A DNA stretch of 64,000 nt from Patescibacteria group bacterium (GTDB lineage: Bacteria; Patescibacteriota; Microgenomatia; UBA12405): the NCBI GenBank assembly GCA_013387215.1, contig WARW01000001.1, positions 12,735 through 76,734 of the forward strand. The letters run 5' to 3'. The position numbers were made by a program, and so were the translations under genes. The notes beneath the pieces are model-generated. The model saw only the letters and a list, made by a program, of their open reading frames with translations, did not search any database and had not been told where the DNA came from. Shown piece after piece: positions 57,546 through 64,000 of this stretch; the stretch's first letter is position 1; each line of letters starts with the position of its first letter.

Positions 57546-58029
57546 AATTCCATACTTCCTTAAATTTTTTCTTAGCTCTAATTAACTTTGATTCCACCGC
57601 CTTAGCACTTATTTCCAAAACTTCAGCAATTTGTCTGATTTTCAGCCCTTCTATATATTTAAGTCGTAATATTTTTATATAACCTGTGTTTAAGTCTTTT
57701 AAGGTATTTTTAATTTCCTCTTTTAGTTCATTTTTTAAAACATCTCTTTCCGGAGTCAAAGCCTTATCGGCAATTTCTTCAAACACTGGGCAGGCAGAAA
57801 ATAAAATAGTTTTTATTTTTTTCTTCCGGTAATAATCAATTATTTTATGTTTAGCAATACTGCAAAGCCAGCTAAATTCACTGCTTTTGCCATTAAAGCT
57901 GGAAATTGAAGTTATCCCCGCCATCATTATATCGTTTGTTAATTCCTCAGCCACTCCTTCATCATCGATTCTTTGTCGGACAAAACTATGAATACTGAAA
58001 TAATATTTTTTATAAAAATCCTCCATCAA
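57538..58029 (-). CDS. ECF-type RNA polymerase sigma-70 family factor
   Basis: Region 2 (FSIHSFVRQRIDDEGVAEELTNDIMMAG...IIDYYRK). Region 4 HTH (IRQIAEVLEISAKAVESKLIRAKKKF). Confidence 0.75.
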   Translation of the reverse strand: MMEDFYKKYYFSIHSFVRQRIDDEGVAEELTNDIMMAGITSISSFNGKSSEFSWLCSIAKHKIIDYYRKKKIKTILFSACPVFEEIADKALTPERDVLKNELKEEIKNTLKDLNTGYIKILRLKYIEGLKIRQIAEVLEISAKAVESKLIRAKKKFKEVWNYD

Positions 58030-58068
58030 TGCCTACTTTAACATATTTTAAGCTATACTTTTATTATT

Positions 58069-58860
58069 ATGATATTTAGCCGATCTGCCTCTCCGCTAGA
58101 AAAAATATCTCAAGAACTCCGCATTGATTTGCTGGATATGATTTATCGTTCTGGTGGTGGCCATATTGGCGGTTCGCTTTCTTCTTTGGATCTAATTACT
58201 ACTGCCTATTTTTCGGATATTTTCAATTTCAAAAAAGATCATTTCATTCTTTCTGCTGGTCATTTATGTCCGAGCTTGTATGTTGTTCTGGCTCGTCTCG
58301 GATTTTTTCATAAAAAAACTTTGGCCACATACTCTTCTTTTGGTTCAATTCTTCAAGGCCATGTTTCCAGTGGTGTTCCTGGAGTTGAATATTCTTCCGG
58401 TTCACTTGGTCAAGGGTTGTCTTTTGCTTGTGGTCTAGCCCTAGGGGATAAGAACAATCGCACAATCTGTTTGACTTCCGACGGTGAACATCAGGAAGGC
58501 CAAATTTGGGAAGCTGTTTTATTTGCCAAAAAATACAAGCTTGGCAATTTAATCAACATTGTCGATTACAATGGCTATCAAATTGACGGAAAAACTTCCG
58601 ATATTATGCCTCTTGGAAATTTAGCTGCCAAATATGTTCAGTTTGGCTGGACGGTCACTGCTGTCGATGGCCATGATTTTAATCAACTCCAAAACGCCTA
58701 TAAAAAGGCTCAAAATTCAGATTACCCCAACTGTATTATTGCTAAAACAGTTCTTGGAAAAGGCATTTCTTTTATGGAAAATAATTGTCAGTATCACGAT
58801 GTCAAAAACTTGCCTGAAAATTTGTTTCATAAAGCTTTATTAGAATTAAAAACGACATGA
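58069..58860 (+). CDS. Transketolase, N-terminal (TPP-binding) subunit
   Basis: GGGHIGGSLS, SAGH, GSLGQGLSFACGLAL and DGEHQEG are split-transketolase N-subunit motifs. Confidence 0.85.
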   Translation: MIFSRSASPLEKISQELRIDLLDMIYRSGGGHIGGSLSSLDLITTAYFSDIFNFKKDHFILSAGHLCPSLYVVLARLGFFHKKTLATYSSFGSILQGHVSSGVPGVEYSSGSLGQGLSFACGLALGDKNNRTICLTSDGEHQEGQIWEAVLFAKKYKLGNLINIVDYNGYQIDGKTSDIMPLGNLAAKYVQFGWTVTAVDGHDFNQLQNAYKKAQNSDYPNCIIAKTVLGKGISFMENNCQYHDVKNLPENLFHKALLELKTT

Positions 58861-59807
58861 GCAACTCATTTTTTTCCATCCGGGAAACTTTCGGAAAAAC
58901 TATTACAGAGCTTGGAAAACAAAATAAAAATCTTTATGTCGTCAATGCCGATCTAAAAACACCTTTATTTTTAAATGAATTTGCCAGGCGCTATAAAAAT
59001 CGTTTTATTGAATGTGGCGTGGCTGAAGCCAATGCTGCCGCTGTTGCCGCTGGTCTTGCTAAAACTGGAAAAACTGTCTTTTTGGTTTCTTTTGCCTGTT
59101 TTTCCCCAAGTATTAATTGGAACACCATAAAACAATCGATTTGCTATAACCACGCCAATGTTAAAATTATCGGTTCTCACGCTGGTCTCTTAAGCACCGA
59201 TCTTGGTGCTACCCATCAAATGCTAGAAGATGTTGCCCTAATGACTTCCATGCCTGGTATGGATGTCTTTGCCCCGGTTGATGCTTTTGAAACTGAAAAA
59301 ATAATTAATACTGTTTTTCGCAGCCCAAAGCCTGCCTATGTTCGTCTAGTCAGGCCAGCAACCCCCAGTATTTACCCCAAAACTTTAGGATTCACTATTG
59401 GCAGTTCAAAAGTTATTAAACCCGGTAAAGATCTAACCATAATTTCTTATGGCCCAATCCTAAACCAGGCTCTCGAAGCTCAAGCCAAGCTTGTTCTTGA
59501 ACTTGGCAAAAAAGCCCCATCAATAGAAATCATTAATTGTTCTTCAATAAAACCGCTTGATTTTGAAACGATCAAAAAAAGTGTTCAAAAAACTAAAAGA
59601 TTAATTTGTATTGAAGATCATCAACAAAACGGAGGCTTAGGCCAAATTGTTGCCTCACTCTTGTTAACTAACGGAATTTCTCCTAAATTTATTCACCTTG
59701 CAGTTGATAATCAATTTGGCCAATCAGGCAAATTTTCAGAAGAGTTGTATGATTATTATGGTATTGGTATTTCTAATTTAATAAGTTCCATTAAAAAACT
59801 TTTATGA
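58857..59807 (+). CDS. Transketolase, C-terminal (pyrimidine-binding) subunit
   Basis: IECGVAEANAAAVAAGLA..., SHAGL..DLGATHQMLED. 4-nt overlap with the N-subunit gene. Confidence 0.85.
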   Translation: MSNSFFSIRETFGKTITELGKQNKNLYVVNADLKTPLFLNEFARRYKNRFIECGVAEANAAAVAAGLAKTGKTVFLVSFACFSPSINWNTIKQSICYNHANVKIIGSHAGLLSTDLGATHQMLEDVALMTSMPGMDVFAPVDAFETEKIINTVFRSPKPAYVRLVRPATPSIYPKTLGFTIGSSKVIKPGKDLTIISYGPILNQALEAQAKLVLELGKKAPSIEIINCSSIKPLDFETIKKSVQKTKRLICIEDHQQNGGLGQIVASLLLTNGISPKFIHLAVDNQFGQSGKFSEELYDYYGIGISNLISSIKKLL

Positions 59808-60649
59808 AAACCCTAAAAGAAATCTTTGTTGAATACAAATCGAAAGGTTTAGCACTGCCTGCCTTTAACATTGATTCTTTTGAAATTTATCAAGCAGTAG
59901 AGGATGCCGTCAGAGAAACCTATTTGCCCTGTATTGTTCAATTGTCTCCCAGCGAAGATCAGTTTATTCAGGCGGAAAGATTATTCTTATTAGTCAAAAA
60001 AGCCCAACTTGATGGTTTGCCGATCTATTTGAATATGGATCACAATAAAGACATGCTTCGTTTGGAAAAACTAGTTGGTCTTGGTTTTGATATGGTTCAT
60101 TTTGATGGTTCCAGTCTAGATTACGATATCAATCTCAATGTGGCCCAAAAATTTATCAAAGACATCAAGCTTAAATATCCTGAAATCATGGTGGAAGTTG
60201 AATTTAATAAAATAAATTTAGTCAACGACAGTCTTTCTCTAAACAGTCTTACCACCCCTGAAAAAGCTCAAGAATTCATGACTGCAACAAATGCCGATCT
60301 TCTGGCAGTATCGATTGGCAATCTTCATGGTGTCAGCACTACTATTCCTGAACATATCGATCTTGATCTGCTCCAAAAAATTTTTGACAAACTTTCATTG
60401 AATAACTTTATAACTCTTCATGGTGGTTCAGGTATTGGTGATGATCAAATATCCAATGCCATAAAATTCGGCATCGTAAAAATTAATATCAACACTGATT
60501 TAAGATTGAAATTCAAAGAATCCCTAGATCGAAATTTAAAATCAATTTCTACTGAAAAAATCTACGAAATTTTATCTCCCACTATTGAGGAAGTAAAACA
60601 AATTATTAAACATAAATTAACTTTATTCTCTAGTTCTAACTATGTATGA
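59804..60649 (+). CDS. fba: Class II fructose/tagatose-bisphosphate aldolase
   Basis: ALPAFNI, NMDHNKD, HFDGS, LHGVS..., LHGGSGIGDDQ are class II aldolase metal/phosphate-binding motifs. Confidence 0.75.
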   Translation: MKTLKEIFVEYKSKGLALPAFNIDSFEIYQAVEDAVRETYLPCIVQLSPSEDQFIQAERLFLLVKKAQLDGLPIYLNMDHNKDMLRLEKLVGLGFDMVHFDGSSLDYDINLNVAQKFIKDIKLKYPEIMVEVEFNKINLVNDSLSLNSLTTPEKAQEFMTATNADLLAVSIGNLHGVSTTIPEHIDLDLLQKIFDKLSLNNFITLHGGSGIGDDQISNAIKFGIVKININTDLRLKFKESLDRNLKSISTEKIYEILSPTIEEVKQIIKHKLTLFSSSNYV

Positions 60650-61556
60650 TGTAATTTCTTTTGGTGCCGCTACAGTTGATATTTTTGCTAAATCTTCTGA
60701 TTTTGTTGTCAAAAACAATCAGCTTTCGGTCGAATATTCTTCAAAAAACGAAATTACTAACAGCTTAATTTGTTCGGGTGGAGGAGCCACTAATTCCTCA
60801 GTATCTTTCTCTCGTTTGGGTCTAAAATCTGCCTGTGTTTCCCTAGTTGGCGATGATCATTTAAATAATTTTATTTTGGATGACTTAAAACTCGATCACG
60901 TTTCAACTAGTTTATTGGTAAAATCTAGTCAGGACACCACTGATTTTTCCATTATTTTAGTAGCCAAAGATGGCGGTCGTTCAATTTTAACCAACAGAGG
61001 TGTTTCTCGGCTGGAAGAAAAACATATTAAATGGGAAAAACTAAAATCTCGTTGGTTTTATATAAGTTCTTTGGAAGGTAATATTGGTCTTTTGGAAAAA
61101 ATAATTGGTTACGCTTGTGAAAACAACATCAAAATTGCTCTTAATCCTGGCAATCGTGAACTAAAACAAAAAAAACTCTTAATTCCTCTCCTAAAATATG
61201 TCGATTTTTTACTTCTAAATAAAACCGAATCAGAAATTATTACTGATTCGCTCATGGGCGAGCCAAAATTTAAAGCTAAAATCGATAAATTTGATTCAAA
61301 GTTGGTGGCTGTTACCAATGGTCATGAAGGTGCCCATATTTTCGATGGCAAAAATCAATATTATTCGCCTATAATCAATGTTAAACCTGTTGATGAAACT
61401 GGAGCCGGTGATGCTTTTGGTTCTGCTTTTGTAGCTGGTTTAATCTATAAGTTGACACCTCAAAAATCACTTTCCTGGGCAATAAAAAATTCTGCTTCTG
61501 CAGTTTCGGTTTTAGGCGCTAAACCAGGTCTTTTGACATTCAATAAAATTAAATAA
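60642..61556 (+). CDS. PfkB-family carbohydrate kinase (ribokinase/fructokinase-like)
   Basis: GGGATNSSVSFSRLG, C-terminal DETGAGDAFGSAFVAG (PfkB signature 2). Confidence 0.75.
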   Translation: MYDVISFGAATVDIFAKSSDFVVKNNQLSVEYSSKNEITNSLICSGGGATNSSVSFSRLGLKSACVSLVGDDHLNNFILDDLKLDHVSTSLLVKSSQDTTDFSIILVAKDGGRSILTNRGVSRLEEKHIKWEKLKSRWFYISSLEGNIGLLEKIIGYACENNIKIALNPGNRELKQKKLLIPLLKYVDFLLLNKTESEIITDSLMGEPKFKAKIDKFDSKLVAVTNGHEGAHIFDGKNQYYSPIINVKPVDETGAGDAFGSAFVAGLIYKLTPQKSLSWAIKNSASAVSVLGAKPGLLTFNKIK

Positions 61557-62206
61557 TGCTACCAAAACCAGAAAAAATCAGAAAATCTGCCAGCAATGCC
61601 GAACAACTTGATTTGGTTGATACTCTATCTCATGATAAAAAAGTAAAAAATAAACGCCGTTTTGTTTTACTGTTTTTAATTTTAACAGTTGGACTTAGTA
61701 TTGGTTTTTGGACCTACCATTTCTTTAAAACTTTCACTTTTAAAAATCCGATATCTAATTTTAGTTTCAGTCTTCCTCAAATTAATCTTAATAATACCAA
61801 AGCCAGTCAAACTGATTTTGATAAAAATATTCAATCCGTAATTTCCGCCGATCCAAACACTTGGTCAATTTTTATTTACAGTGTTAATCCAGGCAACAAG
61901 ACCTTTACTTATGAAAAGAATGCTTCTGAAATATCTTCAAATTATTCTTCAATCGTTAATAGTTTATCTGCTCAAAAATATTCTTCTCAAAGTTCACTCA
62001 TGAAAGCTTTGCCGCAAGGCACTAAAATTCAAGAAATTGTCGATAAACAAAAAGAATCAATCTCTCAAGAATCATTAATTACTATTCCTCATCAAAATAT
62101 TTTATTTTATTTCAAAATCTCTGGGTCTAATCTCGATCAATCTGAAAAATTAATCCCAACCCTTGTAGAAAAAATCTATTGGCAGCTGATGGACCTAAAC
62201 CAATAA
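61556..62206 (+). CDS. Hypothetical membrane-anchored protein
   Basis: TM helix FVLLFLILTVGLSIGFWTYHFF. Ser/Asn-rich extracytoplasmic part. Confidence 0.35.
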   Translation: MLPKPEKIRKSASNAEQLDLVDTLSHDKKVKNKRRFVLLFLILTVGLSIGFWTYHFFKTFTFKNPISNFSFSLPQINLNNTKASQTDFDKNIQSVISADPNTWSIFIYSVNPGNKTFTYEKNASEISSNYSSIVNSLSAQKYSSQSSLMKALPQGTKIQEIVDKQKESISQESLITIPHQNILFYFKISGSNLDQSEKLIPTLVEKIYWQLMDLNQ

Positions 62207-62632
62207 TTTATTACTTTTAAATTCATTTGTATCCTCAACTATACTGATTAGTTTTGATTTTTTATCTAATCCTTTGAGCTTAATCATTGCTTCCAAATAA
62301 TCGCCGATTAATCTTTTGTATATTTTTATTTTTTCATCTTCATCTTTTAATTCTGATCTAATAATAATCACTGCCAGTTTGTCTTTAAAATCGCTTCTAA
62401 AGATATATTGAATCATATTTTTCAGCAAACAATATTGATTTTCATTTTCAAAATAATCATCAATAACCAAGACATCAGTAGAGTTTATATATTTTTTACA
62501 ATCAGCTAAATTACGGCATAAATATACACGTTTTGGTTTTTCCCGTTCTAGATAATCCAAAACGGATTGACGGATGCTGATATTCATAACAAATTTACCG
62601 GTCAAAGAAAAATCGTCATAAGTTGCTAACAT
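62195..62632 (-). CDS. Hypothetical protein
   Basis: ORF with no recognised domain. Confidence 0.35.
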   Translation of the reverse strand: MLATYDDFSLTGKFVMNISIRQSVLDYLEREKPKRVYLCRNLADCKKYINSTDVLVIDDYFENENQYCLLKNMIQYIFRSDFKDKLAVIIIRSELKDEDEKIKIYKRLIGDYLEAMIKLKGLDKKSKLISIVEDTNEFKSNKLLV

Positions 62633-62699
62633 AGTGTGTTATATGTCACAATTAATAACTAATTAATTATATGAAAAATAAAAATCGCTTGTCCAGTAC

Positions 62700-64000
62700 T
62701 TAGTTTGGTTGATGATTGGCACATGGATTATTTATTGCCACACCTTTGGAATAAAACTGATCTTGGCCACATGTATTTTCTTTATATAAATCATCAGGAA
62801 CTTCCCATTTTTCATCATCTTTGTTTTTCAAAACCTCACTTATTATTTTGTTCCAAACAGGAGTTGCTCCAGTCACCCCAGACGCCACCCAGCTCATTGG
62901 TGTTCCGTCATTGTTTCCCACCCAAGTCGCCACTAAAACGCTAGGTGACCAGCCGATACACCAATTATCTTTTAAATTATTGGTTGTTCCGGTTTTCACT
63001 GCCACTGTTTTTCCTGGAATCACTAATTTTGAACTGGTTCCAAATATCGGTGCTCTGGCAAAATTATCGCTTAATGCATCATTAATCAAAAAAGCATCTT
63101 CTTTTTTAACCACTTCTTTTTCCTCATTATGTTTTTCATATATAGTTTCGCCCAAATAGTTTTGGATTTTTAAAATTGGATTGACTTCAATTTTTTTACC
63201 GGAATTGGCAAAAATCGAATACGCTTGAGCTAGATCAGTCATTTTTACCTCAGCGCTCCCTAATGCCAAAGAAAGACCATATCTTGATCGGTCTTTCCAT
63301 GTAGTTATTCCCATTGATTCAGCCAAATTTATCATATTATCTACTCCGTTTTGAGACAGCAATTTAACTGATGGGACATTTAATGAAGAAGCTAAAGCTG
63401 TTTTTAGAGTTACTCTTCCCATAAATTTTCCTGTGTAATCTTGCGGTGAATATGGTTTTTGTCCGGGGACATAATAAGTCACTGGTGTATCATCAATGGT
63501 TGACGCCAAACTATATCCATTTTCCAAAGCTAATAAATAATTTATCGGTTTTATAGATGAACCTGGCTGTCTTAAACCAGTCGTAACATTAAATTGGCCG
63601 TCAATATCCTTAGCGTTATAATCTTTTGACCCCACCATTGCCAAAATATCTCCGTTTTTGACATCCAAAACTAACGCGGCTCCGTTACTGATTTTCAAAT
63701 TTTTAATATTATCGACTTCATCTTTGACTATTTTTTCTGACATTTTTTGAGTGTTCAAATCCAAGCTGGTGGTGATTGTTAATCCCAATTTTCCAAAATT
63801 TTCATAACCATATTTTTGTTCCAAAATACTTTTTACATAAAAAACAAAATGAGGTGCTTGGATTTTTTGATTTTCTTTGGTAATTTCCACTTTTTCCTTC
63901 AAAATATTATCTGCTGTTTCCTGGTTAATAAATTTAGCATTAACCATTTCTTCAATTACATGTTTTTGCCGATAAAACCCGTAATCTGGGTTATTGCCAA
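62700..64000 (-). CDS. Penicillin-binding protein, transpeptidase domain (class A PBP-like). Truncated at the window edge; the 5' end lies beyond 64000.
   Basis: SxxK GSSIKP, SxN-like, KTG KTGTTNN. The frame stays open upstream of the listed Met to the window end. Confidence 0.75.
   Translation of the reverse strand, partial: GNNPDYGFYRQKHVIEEMVNAKFINQETADNILKEKVEITKENQKIQAPHFVFYVKSILEQKYGYENFGKLGLTITTSLDLNTQKMSEKIVKDEVDNIKNLKISNGAALVLDVKNGDILAMVGSKDYNAKDIDGQFNVTTGLRQPGSSIKPINYLLALENGYSLASTIDDTPVTYYVPGQKPYSPQDYTGKFMGRVTLKTALASSLNVPSVKLLSQNGVDNMINLAESMGITTWKDRSRYGLSLALGSAEVKMTDLAQAYSIFANSGKKIEVNPILKIQNYLGETIYEKHNEEKEVVKKEDAFLINDALSDNFARAPIFGTSSKLVIPGKTVAVKTGTTNNLKDNWCIGWSPSVLVATWVGNNDGTPMSWVASGVTGATPVWNKIISEVLKNKDDEKWEVPDDLYKENTCGQDQFYSKGVAINNPCANHQPN

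Overview
This is a 64 kb window of low-GC bacterial chromosome with near-continuous coding on both strands. Small genes, TTG starts, a split transketolase, sparse metabolism and many lineage-specific hypothetical proteins suggest a Candidate Phyla Radiation/Patescibacteria-like genome (inference only).

Recognisable housekeeping and accessory content:
- Chaperones: clpB, groES-groEL.
- Glycolysis/pentose genes: eno, gpmI, split tkt, class II FBA, PfkB kinase.
- Other metabolism: malic enzyme, idi, tdk.
- Two-component system next to a MacA/MacB-like ABC efflux set.
- Oxidative-stress cluster: rubrerythrin, Rrf2 regulator, NQO-like flavoprotein.
- ECF sigma / anti-sigma pair.
- Six tRNAs: Ser-GGA, Arg-CCG, Ser-CGA, Arg-GCG, Ser-GCU, Cys-GCA.
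- A partial PBP at the window edge.

Accessory regions:
1. 1.8-5.3 kb: a small element encoding a CHC2/TOPRIM primase and a large serine recombinase that abuts tRNA-Ser.
2. 22.4-25.2 kb: an RloC/PrrC-like AAA_13 ATPase with a CxxC hook, plus a small zinc-ribbon protein. This looks like a defence gene.
3. 26.8-29.0 kb: three consecutive minus-strand genes, each preceded by a near-identical terminator-promoter-operator cassette.
4. 41.5-43.4 kb: a flavodoxin, a radical-SAM/SPASM maturase and a Cys-repeat (CxCxCxC) precursor peptide. This is a candidate RiPP cluster.
5. 29.0-41.3 kb: the most unusual locus. Two tandem paralogous modules each encode a Hanks-type (pseudo)kinase, a vWA protein and a divergent adenylosuccinate-synthetase (PurA)-like enzyme. 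Flanking genes encode a uridine-kinase-like P-loop kinase, a Pol-beta nucleotidyltransferase fusion and an HhH protein. Three proteins share an N-terminal WLTG(L/V)VL peptide. Two type-III hammerhead ribozyme motifs sit in intergenic spacers of the operon; one overlaps the Shine-Dalgarno/start codon of a PurA-like gene.

I propose locus 5 as a previously undescribed nucleotide-modifying (defence or metabolite) system with ribozyme-processed mRNA. No CRISPR array and no rRNA were seen.
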